Of a DNA stretch of 64,000 nt, positions 36,874 to 48,892 are shown one piece after another (the first letter of the stretch is position 1; each line of letters begins with the position of its first letter). The position numbers were made by a program, and so were the translations under genes. The notes below the pieces were generated by a model that was not told the DNA's origin, ran no database searches, and saw nothing but the letters and a program-made list of their open reading frames with translations. The stretch covers positions 2,356,001 through 2,420,000 of the forward strand of contig NC_043004.1 in NCBI RefSeq assembly GCF_006345805.1, written 5' to 3'. The DNA is from Octopus sinensis. Taxonomy: Eukaryota.

Positions 36874-39590
36874 TGTTTTTGCACAGCTTCTAACGCTGGA
36901 GATGTACTACGGTGCCAGCTGTTCACTACCACTGAACTAAGCTAACTCACCTTATTTTTCGAGCACCTTCCGGAGTCTTCGAGCGGTTTCAAGGAGTGCT
37001 GTTTTCTGCAAGTGCTCCACCCTTATTGCAGCCCCTATTTTTTCCATGTACTTCTCAAGAATTTTACTCATTGTTCCCAGGGCCCCGATAATTATTGGTA
37101 TTACTGCTATCTTTTTCATCGACCGCAACTGCTTAATTTCACATGCTAACCTGTTATGTGTATCGACTTTTCTTTCTTCCTTGTTGCATACCTTGTTGTC
37201 AGCTGGGTATGCTATATCTATAATCCAGCATCGTTTGCTTTCTTTCTCAATTAACACTATGTTTGGTTGCATATCCTGTATCACATGGTCGCACTGAATC
37301 ATAAAATCCCATAGAATCTTTACATTATCATTTTCGATGACACCTTCCGGTTTATGTTCGTACCACGTTTTGCTTTGTGAAGTTCATACGCGTTGCAAAG
37401 TGTCCGATGGACAATTCTTGCTATATTGTCATGATGCCTCTCGTATTCCTTGAGGACTAGTGAGGTACATTAATTGGTAATATGCCATACGGTTTCATCA
37501 TTTTGTCCACGGATTCTACACTTATCAATTTCTGATGTGTTGCCTATTCTGTATTTGGTGCAATTGGTTGTTAAATGCTTCTTCTTGGGTAGCACAGAAT
37601 AAAGACACCGTTTCCGATTTTAAATCACCTTTAGTCATCCATAGCCATCTTTTTTCTTTGTTTTATCTTCAACATCCCTATGGAATTCTCCATTCATTCT
37701 TTTCTTTATCCACTTTTCAGCAATTTCATTAATTCTCAAGTACTTGTACAGTGTTTTATACTTGCAATCTTCCATCCTACACAAGCCAGAAATTCAACAG
37801 CGGTTTTGTGGCATTTTTACACACCATGCTATGTAGTTTCTTCTATTCTAATGCTGTGTTCGCATCCAATAAGTACTCTTTCAACTCTTTTTCCTGGTAC
37901 ATACATTCTGTCTGTGCTAAATTTTGGGTGGAGTATCCCATATCTACTCAGCAACTACTTTGCCTTTCTTTCTAATTTGCTTAGTTCGTCTCCTATCAAT
38001 GCGATCACCCCTGCTCCATATATAAGGAGTGAAACCGCCCAGGGGTTCATAGCTTCAATCTTATTCCGTCTGTTTAATTTCGACTTAAGGATCAGTTTCA
38101 CTCTGTGCAAGTTCTCCACCTTAAAGTTTTCTGTTATTTCTTTCTCCATCAATTTATTCATTTCCATTATCCCCAGGTACTTATAGTCCGTCTCTTCTAT
38201 CAGCTTCATAACCTACCCCGACTGCATCGACAGCCCGTCTATACATTTCATTTTACCTCTCTTCAAGACTAACACTCCATAAATTTTCAGTCCAAACTCC
38301 ATTCTGATATCAGCACTGAGAGTATACAACGTAGCAATGAGGGAACTGACTTGGGATTCATCTTTACCATAAAGTTTGAGGTCATCCATGAATAACAAAT
38401 GGTTGACTTTTTGCTGGCAGCACTTCAATACAGCTTTTCATCTATTTATTTATTTCATCTATCCATTTATTTCTTTGTAGAATCTCTTCTGATCTACTCT
38501 GAATAACCTATTCTGCTGGTATCCATTCATTCTTTCGTAGTATCTTACTATCTTTGATTTCTTTGTAATGAGGCGCTGTTTCAGTTCATCCATTACCATT
38601 TTTCAAGCCCTTTCTTTCAGTATTAAACTTCCTGTTCAGTGCCCCGTATTTTTGTTCGCTCTTAAGCTCCCCCCTTCTCTTCTCGGTCTAACGCAGAGAT
38701 TTCCTTCGAGAGCATATCTGACGCCGCCTGTATTCTTCTCTTTCACTATGGACCTTTTCTGTTGTCACTCCCATTATATTTCTTTTTCTTGACATCAACA
38801 CCCATATTTTCTGCTGCAGCAACACTTCTTGCCTTGATCAAATTATTTGTTTTTGTGATGTTATTTTGTTCTGATGTATTTCAGAATTTTATTCACATTT
38901 TTCATTTCTTGGTTCAATTTCCACCAAACAACATTTTTAAGGTAGCAAATAATGTCGGTATCATTCTCCTGCAGCTTTGCCTTTATTTTGTCGTAGATTG
39001 CCTTTTGCTCATCTGTCATGTCACCGTTACTTTTATTGTCTTATTCCAAACCATTTATATGTTTCTCATTGAGAAAACGATCACTGTTCCTTTCCTGCGG
39101 TTTCTTTGAGATTTCACTTCTGTTTACTGCTATGAGGTTTCTTTTATCAGAAACCTCATTGCATGCTGCTGTTTCCCAATACCCGTCTTTTGATAGCTTC
39201 GAGCTCTACTTCTGTGAACCGACGATTTTTTCTTATTGCTCTAGCTTGATCACATAATATATGTTCCGTGTGTTGAAGCAATCCTCTTTTTGTCTATTGA
39301 TCATACATAGGTTGTCGGTATCTCCTAATATGAACACCATTTTCATCTACAGGGTTGCTCAAGTCGTATTACTCTATGACGACAGCGTTGAATTGTTTGT
39401 TCCATCTACGCCTTGTGTGCTGATCCCTTGCTGGATAACAAGAGGCTAGAGTCAGACGGGTTTCTCTGAGCCTGCCGAATGCAACACTGTCACCGTCAAG
39501 GGCTTCAGTTTCATTACCACCGTTATTCACAATATTTTGTCTTTTCATTGTCACTCATATGAGGTAGCGATGATCAGGTTGCGCAATTAC
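36874..39590 (-). mobile_element. R4/Dong family A element, decayed, with an internal deletion of the N-terminal half of RT
   Basis: N-terminus RRRWNKQFNAVVIE (39369..39554), RT NHLLFMDDLKLY (38213..38428), YKYLG (37955..38209), endonuclease PNIVLIEKE..IIDIAYP..ETARRLRKVLEK* (36952..37302), 3' UTR into (TAA)n. Many stops and frameshifts. Confidence 0.9.
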
Positions 39591-40310
39591 CAATGCTTTG
39601 GTAATAGATCACATTGAACTATTGCATCCCACAGGATTTTGCACTTTTCATTCTCACTAACCTCTTTTGAGATTTGGTTATACTACTTCTTTGATCTTTA
39701 TAGGCCATAATTTTCACAAATCTCCGAATGGACCATTCTTGCCATATTGTCATGTCACCTTTTGTACTTACCTTGTGCCAATTTCAAACATTCTCTAAGA
39801 ATGTGTAACGCTGTTGCACCCGTCCCGCCACACATTTTGGATTTGTCAATCTCAGCAGTTTTTATCTATTCTGTACGTCACATTGCTTGTCCTCATTGCT
39901 TCTATACTCGCTGCGAATATAAGTGCTTCTGTTTCTATCCTCAGTTCACCTCTCCGCATCCATAACCACCCGCTTTGCCCTCTCTTTCAAACTGACCATA
40001 CATTTTTTCTTTTCGTGTCATTTCTTTTTTCGATCTTTTTTCCTCTTTAAATCTCTTTCTCAACACAATTATTAGTTTTGCTGGTGCCAGACTTCTTCAG
40101 ATGCATTAACAATGGTTCCACGGCATTGGTTACATAACATCCTAGCTGTCTTCCTCTACTTCAGTACAATCCTGACAATTGGTCAAAGCTCACCCCACTC
40201 CCCAATGTACAACTGATCAGTGTCACGCTTGAAATGGAATGCTCTGTGCAGTGTCAATAATATCCGTGTCTTCATATCCATATTCATCTGTTCATTCTTA
40301 AGCCAGTTTA
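39590..40310 (-). mobile_element. Further decayed R4/Dong fragment (post-RT to zinc knuckle)
   Basis: KTRILLTLHRAFH.. and WMRRGELRIETEALIFAA..KMCGG..HILREC..HDNMARMVH..KILWD. Confidence 0.75.
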
Positions 40311-40474
40311 TGACAAACTGATGGGGGTGTATTTACGTCCCCGTAACTTAGCAGTTCGAGAAAAGAAACCGATAGAATAAGTATTAGGCTTACAAAGAAT
40401 AAGTCCTGGGGTCGATTTGCTCGACTAAAAGCAGTGCTCCAGCATGGCCGCAGTCAAATGACTGAAACAAGTAA
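40310..40474 (+). mobile_element. SINE family A, 3' half
   Basis: tttacgtccccgtaacttagc...tgactgaaacaagta. Confidence 0.85.
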
Positions 40475-40495
40475 TATATAGATATATATACACAC

Positions 40496-40496
<1 letters not shown>

Positions 40497-40569
<73 letters not shown>

Positions 40570-40687
40570 ACAGATAGACAGATAGACAGATAGACAGACA
40601 GACAGACAGACAGATAGGTAGATAGACAGATAGGCAGGCAGACAGACATATAGGTAGATATACAGATAGACAGACAGTCAGACAGAG

Positions 40688-40743
<56 letters not shown>

Positions 40744-40760
40744 TATTAGATAGATAGATA
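40497..40760. repeat. (GATA)/(GACA) microsatellite
   Basis: Directly visible. Confidence 0.95.
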
Positions 40761-40794
40761 GACAGATAGATATATGTGTATATTTGTGTATGTT

Positions 40795-40987
40795 TTTGTG
40801 CCTGTATTTGCCCCACCACCACCACCACCACTTAGCATCTGGTGTAGATGTGTTTACGTACCAGTTACTTAGCGGTTTGTCCAATGACCGATAGAATAAT
40901 TAGAAGGCTTAAAAAATGAATAGGGTCTGAGGTCGATTCGCTCGACTACAATTCTTCAAACGTATTGACTGAAACAAGTAAAAGATA
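40795..40987 (+). mobile_element. SINE family A, 3' half, diverged
   Basis: gtgtttacgtaccagttacttagcgg...gtcgattcgctcgacta...tgactgaaacaagtaaaag. Confidence 0.7.
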
Positions 40988-42150
40988 ACGCAAATTCTAC
41001 GGAACCAACTAAATTTTGTCTGACCAAACTACATACTCGACAGTTGAGTCGATCAGAGTTAATTTGTCGCTACTTTAAATCAGAAGCCCCCAATCGATTC
41101 GCGGTAGATTCCTTCTACTTTTTCCACATTGTTAATATCCTTGGGAAATGCAAAAACATCACAATTTATTTCTCCTCTCTTAAAAGTTTCACGCCCATTT
41201 AAGGATACCATCTCTTTTCTGTTTTTCTTTTAGGATTCATTGTTGTTGTTGTTATTATTTTGTTGTAAGATAAATGGTCTTTGCAAGTGCATTCAGTCGT
41301 GTTAACAGAATGAAAAAAAGGTGTAACAACTTTATATCTTAACTCTGCGCGAACAAGAAAACTACAGTCAACTGAAGCCAACTCCTATGAAACTGTTTAA
41401 CATCTGCGCTTCCTTTTAGATTTTTTTCTTTTTCTTTTCCCGTTTTTATCACTGCCCTCTACGCGGAGGTCACCATTTGGCTTCATCCTAGCTTATTTCT
41501 TTTTCCTTTTTCTTTTTGCTGATCATTTTGCTTTGACGTTTCTTTATATTTTTTCTTACTTTTGACATTTCTTTTCTTAACTTTTTCTTACACCAAATTG
41601 ATTTCAGAAGTTATTTCTGGGTAAAGTACAGCAGTACTGACAAACATGTTTATTCAATTTGTTCATATGGGTATAGCTCAGTCTTTTCATATGTACTCAC
41701 TTTTAATTTTAATTTTCAAGCCAGCTGTGACTAGTCTTTATATATCACACAAATGTAGTTAGTCATCCGTAGAAACTCACGCCTAGGTTTTTGTCATTCG
41801 AGTAGACACCTGCTAAATAGTGCAAGCTAAACACTAATAGCCAATTTAGCCACCCTACTTTTCCTATGGTTTTCAAAGAAAAGTCAAGCCAGGTCCTTTA
41901 AAGAAACAACTCTGGTGCTACTGTATATTCATCTTTCACAATTCTGAGATATTAGATCTAATAATGTGGGTCTTAAGATATAATTAAAAAGGGTAGAATC
42001 GCTGTTAAATAACTGATTGATTCGTGGACATTTTTGCTAAATTTAACGATTCCCGTCAGAAAGTCGTCATGGCTAGGCTTGCGTCTTTCCCATAAAGAAT
42101 TCGCTATGTTTCTTTTGAAGTTTTAGCTTCAGTTTACTTAATGTGTAGAC

Positions 42151-42425
42151 CAGTGGTTCCCAAATATATTCGGGCTGCCACTACCTTGACAACCTGGCCG
42201 CTTGCCGAATTTGTAGCACCCCAATCCCGCTGCCACTACCACCGCCACAAAATCACCAACACAAATGTAGACCACCTTCTGAAGCAAATTCAAAACAATT
42301 GTACTTCACAAATAAAAAACCTAATTAACCCATTATTCTGTTGTTTTTACACCCATCGTCCCTATTTGTTAGCCCATTATCTCCCCCGGAGGTGGGGGCA
42401 ATACCACCCGCTTTGAGAATCACTG
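42151..42425. mobile_element. hAT (Charlie-like) non-autonomous DNA transposon
   Basis: TIRs cagtggttcccaaa and tttgagaatcactg. 8-bp TSD gtgtagac (42143-42150) and gtgtaaac (42426-42433). Confidence 0.85.
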
Positions 42426-43189
42426 GTGTAAACCATAAAACAGTTGTTTTATATTAGAGTTTTATTTGCATAAACACTTTCCATCCTTGTATTACGAATG
42501 AATAAGTTCTGCGGTAGATTTCAGATTAGTGGAGCCCCTATTTTTTATTTCCTAATGTTACTAATTCACCTTGGTTCCAGTTGAGAGATTATCATATCTG
42601 TACCTTATTATTGCAAATACCATTTCTATAATTTAATATCGCAACTAGACTGTAGGGGGTTGTTATCTAATTCTTAACCTTTAGCTTTTTATGTATTAAT
42701 ACAATTTCTTCTATAATTTTCTTTCCTAAACTTTTCTGTCAAGTGTTTGTGGGTGTGTAAGTGGGTGTGCAAGTGCGCGTATGTGTGTGAGGAAAGGCTT
42801 CCTTAATTCATTTGTATTTGTAATTTGGTTTTATCGGCCGAAGTCTCTTAAATCTCTTTATCTGAAATGACGGATTATTGTAGAAATATGAGATTAATAT
42901 ATAAAAGGGACCTAAATTGTATCACAAATAACGCCAGCTCTACATTTTCGGTAATCTCTGAGAACAATCTTCATTTGCAGGTTTCAGCAATTTCATACAG
43001 CCAGGATGAAGAGCCACATTTGAGTGGGGGCTGGTCAATCATATTAAATACAATCCACATATTAGATGGTTAAATATTCAAACTCTACTTGTCGATCTGC
43101 GAGGTTGCAGAGAATAATAGACTAAAATATCAATACCAAGAGATAGTTTTCTACTGGTAAATACAAATACAAATATAAGTGTGTGTGGG

Positions 43190-43380
43190 CCGAGCATCAA
43201 ACTAGCTTAGAGAGGTGGCTCACATTAGACATTATGGGGAATATGGACACATGACGAATATCGAAGTGACGATGAGAATATCCCAGTCCATCTGAGCACA
43301 AAGGGACCTGATGACAATTGTGAAAACAGGGAAACAGAAATCGCATGGCTACGCCACAAGAAAATACATCCGACCAGTTA
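43190..43380 (+). mobile_element. RTE LINE remnant
   Basis: DLMTIVKTGKQKSHGYATRK resembles the RTE LLxxVKxRKLxWFGHVTR motif. Highly decayed. Confidence 0.4.
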
Positions 43381-43381
43381 A

Positions 43382-43426
<45 letters not shown>

Positions 43427-43435
43427 CACTTCACT

Positions 43436-43702
43436 CTTTTACTAGTTTCAGTCATTTCACTGTGGCCATGCAGAGCACCGCCTTTAGTCGAGCAAATAGA
43501 CCCCAGGACTTATTCTTTGTAAGCCTAGTACTTATTCTATCGGTCTTTTTTACCGAACTGTTAGTTAAGCGGACGTAAACACGCCAGCATCGGTTGTCAA
43601 GCGATGTCGGGGGGACAAACACAGACACACAAACACTCACATATATACATATATACGACGGGCTTCTTTCAGTTTTCAAGCTACTTACCACACATCCACT
43701 CC
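43436..43702 (-). mobile_element. SINE family A with an internal deletion
   Basis: Tail, body and partial head on the minus strand. Confidence 0.8.
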
Positions 43703-43729
43703 ATATATATATATATACACAAACACATA

Positions 43730-44880
43730 CATACTCACACATGACAAAAATAAATAGACACCCTTATAATCATTAAAGTTTATTTAAAACTGAAATTATT
43801 TATTAATTGTTATAATGCGAATGTTTGATATTTAGTAGACATGCTCTTTGCATCTTTCAATCCAAGGTCCCTATTAGGCCTGTTATTGATCAGATAGTGA
43901 ATGTTGTCATGCGGAATTTCTTGCTAAGTTTCATGCAATAACCTCAAAAGATCTGGTTTTGAAGATGCTTTCTTGTTCTGTTTATGAAATGTCCTGTCCA
44001 TTATGCCCCAGAGGTGTTCAATAGGATTCATATCTGGTGACTATCTTGGCCAGGGAATCTTTTAAATGCCATTCTCATCCAACAAATCTTGTGGTTATTT
44101 TAGCCGTGTGAAAAGGAGCCCCAGATTCCATAAGTACAGAGTATTCTTTAATCATTTCACCACTGAAGAAGATTGAAAGGAGTCCGTTCTGCAATATGGA
44201 CACGTTTCTCTGAGTTTATGCTTTGTCCACACTCTACCAGGTCTGATCAACCATAGGTCCAAATTGCTCCCCAGACCATCACAGAGTAGCTGCCGTTTTT
44301 CGTTGTTGGCTGCAACATTTTCACATCAAATTCTTAATCACAGTCTCCAGACCCCCACTTGACCACTGTGAGAAAATAGAGCAAACCTGGACCCATCAGA
44401 GAATATGATAGTTCCCCCAAAATGCTAGTGGCCCCACCACCATCTCACTGCCCCGACTATTTCTTCACTTGATATTGGCTGGTCAAAGAAGTGACTTTCT
44501 TCTTGCTGCTCTGCCATAGTAAGCAAGTTTGTGTAGGTACCTGACAGTTGTTCTGGGACCGGCATCAACTTGTTCTGCTATGTCAGAGGTCTTACAACGA
44601 AGATTGTCCTCCACACCTCTCTTAACAAAGAGAAGGTCCTGTCAGAAGATCCTGGTTGATCTGGGAAAGATAATGGGAACTCATTCCCCTCTCTGGTAAA
44701 TTGCATAATCATTCTATAAACTGTAGAAAGCGGGATCCCAAAGTTCTCAGCGATTTTACGCTATGTCCATCTTGAGAATGAGCCACAATGCGGCCTCTTT
44801 GAAATCCAGAGAGTTCCAAGGCTTCTTTCGTACGTGGCATGATTAAACAGCCATATAGAGTACCTGAAACATAAAAATGT
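43730..44880 (-). pseudogene. Tc1-family transposase pseudogene
   Basis: MPRTKEALELSGFQRGRIVAHSQDG..IAENFGIPLSTVYRMI (HTH), YYGRAARRKSLL, IIFSDGSRF and FPGQDSHQI*ILLNTSG (decayed WPxxSPDLNPIE). Stops and frameshifts. Confidence 0.85.
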
Positions 44881-45000
44881 CAATTAATAAAAAAAATATA
44901 AACCTTTACAAATTAGAATAAAGATAAAATTATGTTTTATTTATGGGGAGTCAGTTTACATATATAGATATAGCGGTGAAAGCACGCGATGATAATAAGA

Positions 45001-45390
45001 GTAATGACAAAGAAGAAATAGAATGAGGAAGTAGAAGAAGAAGAAGAAGAAGAAGGAGAAGAAGAAGAAGAAGAAGAAGAAGAAGAACAAGAACAAGAAG
45101 AAGAAGAACAAGAAGAAGAACAAGAAGAACAAGAAGAAGAACAAGAAGAACAAGAACAAGAAAAAGAACAAGAACAAGAAGGATGAGGAGGAGGAGAAGG
45201 AGAAGAGAAGAAAAAGAACAAGAAAAAGAAGAAGAAAAAGAAGAAGAACAAGAAGAACAAGAAGAAGAAGAAGAGAAGACCAAGAAGAAGAAGAAGAAGA
45301 AGAAGAAGAAGAAGAAGAAGAAGAAGAAGAAGAAGAAGAAGAAGAAGAAGAAGAAGAAGAAGAAAAAGAAGAAGAAAAAGAAGATGAAGA
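45001..45390. repeat. (GAA)n-rich purine tract with GAACAA variants
   Basis: Directly visible. It is the source of the poly-K/F/L/E ORFs. Confidence 0.95.
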
Positions 45391-45850
45391 AGGTCATCAT
45401 AAGTACTATTAAATTTCGATGTTATCCTGTTCTTTTCTCTGCTCACTGAAACATGTCCTCTAGCCGGGAAACCGAAGCTGATAGCAAGGTCTATCAGAGT
45501 CATCTCAAAAACAGCAAGTGAGGACGAAATCTTGACAGATGGTTGCAGTTCTACAGATGCTTGCCACCTCTGCTATCTCATAAATCATTTGCTGTGATAA
45601 AAAAATAATAAACGATACATAATACTAATATAAAAGACTAAAAAAAAAACAATAATACATAGGTTTGACAAAATAAAACAAAAGATGGAACAACGAAACA
45701 AATAAATGGCTACAGAAAAGTCAGACAATGGCAAATATCAAAATGTCAGAATCCAAGCATATGCCTCTTGCAGTCACCAAGACAATGACAATCTGTTTGA
45801 AGGATCAGATAGAAATGATGCTGCTGACCTCAGCAGTCATCACAAACACA

Positions 45851-45888
<38 letters not shown>

Positions 45889-46047
45889 ACACACACACAC
45901 ATACACACTCACATATATTATGTGTGTATGTATTATATATATAAATCATATCCTTTTCTTGCATTCAATCATTGGATTGCGCTCGCAGTTGTTCACCACT
46001 TTAGATAAGTTTTGTCGATCATCGCCATATTATATATATATATATAT

Positions 46048-46427
46048 AGGCGCAGGAGTGGCTGTGTGGTAAGTAGCTTGTCTACCAGCCACATGGTTCC
46101 GGGTTCAGTCCCACTGCGTGGCACCTTGGGCAAGTGTCTTCTACTATAGCCTCGGACCGACCAAAACCTTGTGAGTGGATTTGGTAGACGGAAACTAAAA
46201 GAAGCCCGTCGTATATATGTATATATATATATATATATATGCGTGTGTGTGTTTGTGTGTCTGTGTTTGTTCCCTAGTGTTTATGTCCCCGTTACTTAGC
46301 GGTTCGGCAAAAGAGACCGATAGAATAAGTACTGGGCTTACAAAAGAATAAGTCCCGGGGTCGAGTTGCTCGACTAAAGGCGGTGCTCCAGCATCGCCGC
46401 AGTCAAATGACTGAAACAAGTAAAAGA
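46048..46427 (+). mobile_element. SINE family A, full length, well preserved
   Basis: aggcgcaggagtggctgtgtggtaagtagc..ggttcagtcccactgcgtggcaccttgggcaagtg..(TA/TG)..tgactgaaacaagtaaaaga. Confidence 0.95.
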
Positions 46428-46529
46428 TATATATATATATATATAATATATATATATATATATTTATACACACACACACACATAACGATTTAAATATATT
46501 CTTTAACCATATATATACAAGTATATATA

Positions 46530-46887
46530 ATTAGTTTGCTTAGCAAATATATTTCCGGGTTCAGTCCCACCGCGTGGTACCATGGCAAATTGCCTTCTAC
46601 TATTGCTCCGGGATGACCAAAGCCTTATGAGTGATATGGTAGAAGGAAACTGAAAGAAGCCGTCGTATATATGTATTTATATGATGTGTGTGTGTGCGTG
46701 TCTGTGTTTGTCCTCCCACCATCGCTTGACAACCGATTGTGTTGTGTTTACGTCCCCGTAACTTATCGGTTCGGCAAAATAGAGCCAAGAAAGAATAAGC
46801 CCAGACAATGTGTTCGGGCAAAGGCGTTGCTCCAGCATGGCCGCAGTCAAATGACTGAAACAAGTAAAATAATAAAAGAATAAAAGA
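46530..46887 (+). mobile_element. SINE family A, diverged tandem neighbour
   Basis: Same body and tail as the preceding copy. Confidence 0.85.
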
Positions 46888-47133
46888 GTGTATAAATAAA
46901 CAAGTGAGTGGACAAACGAAAGAAGGGCACACCACACATTTATTGGGTGTTACATGCATGGATCAAAAGAGTTTGATTCAAATTCTGTGGTACTCAAAGT
47001 TTCAAATTTCCGATGATTGAGGATAAGTACCACGGAATTTGAATCAAACTGCTTTGATCCATGTGACCGCGTGCGTATCGCTGGCGAGTTTTTTCCTCCG
47101 TCTTCCCTTCCTTGGATCTTTCCTTTTCCTATG

Positions 47134-47166
47134 TTTCTAACTAAGAGCTCCGCTCGAAACGTTAAA
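47134..47166 (+). ncRNA. Decayed ultra-minimal hammerhead-like motif within a short repeat (47100-47270; partial reverse copy at 61390-61470)
   Basis: ttt CTAACTA a GAGC tcc GCTC GAAA cg TT aaa, with two core changes. The downstream flank recurs inverted at about 61390-61470. Confidence 0.4.
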
Positions 47167-47369
47167 TCCTATTTCTTACCTTTCCTGAGCGTCCAATAAC
47201 ACTATACTTGTTCCACGTCCTCGCGTTGTTGTGTTTTCTCTTTCTGCTTTCATGTTTGGATTAACTTTAACTATATATATATATATATACATAGATAAAT
47301 TTGCAAAAAAAACAAGCGAAGGCTGTAGATTTCGGAGAAAAGCGACCACATAAGTATAGTTATTATATA

Positions 47370-47524
47370 TGTGTTACATGGTTAAAGAATATATTTAAAT
47401 CGTTATGTAAGGAAAATTTTCGAAAATTTTGCGTATAGTAACATTGATTTTGGAGTACTATACGCAAAATTTTATTACATTTTGTAACATAACAATTTAC
47501 ATATATTCCTTAACCATATAACAC
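47370..47524. repeat. Nested inverted repeat (foldback)
   Basis: Perfect 18-bp inner arms aaaattttgcgtatagta/tactatacgcaaaatttt (47423-47440, 47456-47473) inside ~35-bp outer arms. One arm recurs at 46481-46510. Confidence 0.85.
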
Positions 47525-47597
47525 AAATCTTCTTATTTTTTAACTCTATTTTGTCTTTCATGCATCCAATCACGTGCTTTCACATACCAACTCTTTC

Positions 47598-47635
<38 letters not shown>

Positions 47636-47639
<4 letters not shown>

Positions 47640-47790
47640 CAGTTGATCTGATCACCGGAACAGCCTGCTCGTGAAATTAACGTGCAAGTGGCTTAGGACT
47701 CCATAGACACGTTACCATTAACGTAGTTCTCAGGGAGATTCAGTGTGAATCAGAGTGTGACAAGGCTGGCCTTTTAAAATACAGGTACAA
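47636..47790 (-). mobile_element. SINE family C tail 1 fragment
   Basis: ccagttgatctgatca.cggaacagcctgctcgtgaaattaacgtgcaagtggc...gtgacaaggctggcc. Confidence 0.8.
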
Positions 47791-48172
47791 CAGGAACAAG
47801 AAAGAGTGAGAGAAATCGTGGTGAAAGAGTTCAGCAGGGTTCGCCACCACAACCTCGTTTAAGCTTAGCATCCTTTCCTGTTTGTTTTCACTGTTCTATT
47901 TGTGTTACCAATTTTCATCCATCGCAAAATTCCCAAATTTTATTGGCTTTGCTTTGCGGGAGCAACTGTTTTATCGAAAGCGTATATTGTTGTTAAATAC
48001 TCGAAATACGAGAGTAGAAAAACAGCCAACAACTGATTAAGAGTCGTTCTTTATGTTGTTTGTCTAGCTTTCAATTTGTGTCTTTCGTTGTTCGAAAAAA
48101 TAGTTCATATTCCATGTACTCGTACTTCATATTTCTTGTTGTACACGATTCGTGACGTCCTGTGCCCACATA

Positions 48173-48221
<49 letters not shown>

Positions 48222-48892
48222 GTATAGATTTAAGTATGTACATATACCTATGTATATATGTATATATATATGTGTGTGTGCGTGTATGTGTGCATATGTG
48301 TACGTGTGTGTATATACATACATACATACATACATGCATATATACATATATATATATATATGATTAAATGAATAATAACATACGATGAATAATTGTCAGC
48401 GTTTCGCATCTCTTTCTGTAATGAGATGACAATTATCCATCGCATGTTATTATTCATTCGATTATAATACGCCAAGGGAATTTACGACTTGTCGGACACC
48501 TTAGAGAATTCCAGTAACGTGCTATTTAAATCAACGCGTGATTTGGACCAGCCCCTCGGGCGCTAAATACTCACAGGGTTGTTTTTCTCTGTGTACACAA
48601 CCGAAATATCCTATCTGATATTTCGACTTTCACCAACCATAGGCCTTACCACAGAGATTACCCAACCCTATCTGGAGCATGCCTTTTCAAGAAACTGATT
48701 TTATCTGAATCCTCATTTTATTATACATACATATATGTATAGCATATTGATGCATGTTGCATGATTGAGAATGTAGGGCTCAATCCATGCACAGGATAAT
48801 GGCTATATTTAAATTGAATGTTTGTCTTCACGCCACCTCTCTTTTCACACAATATATTTAGGATATAATTGGATATAGATGTACGTACAGGA

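Noticed and set aside
45001-45390. (GAA)n tract as a coding or special element
   Set aside because: It is a simple repeat. It can form triplex DNA in principle but is unremarkable in this microsatellite-rich context.
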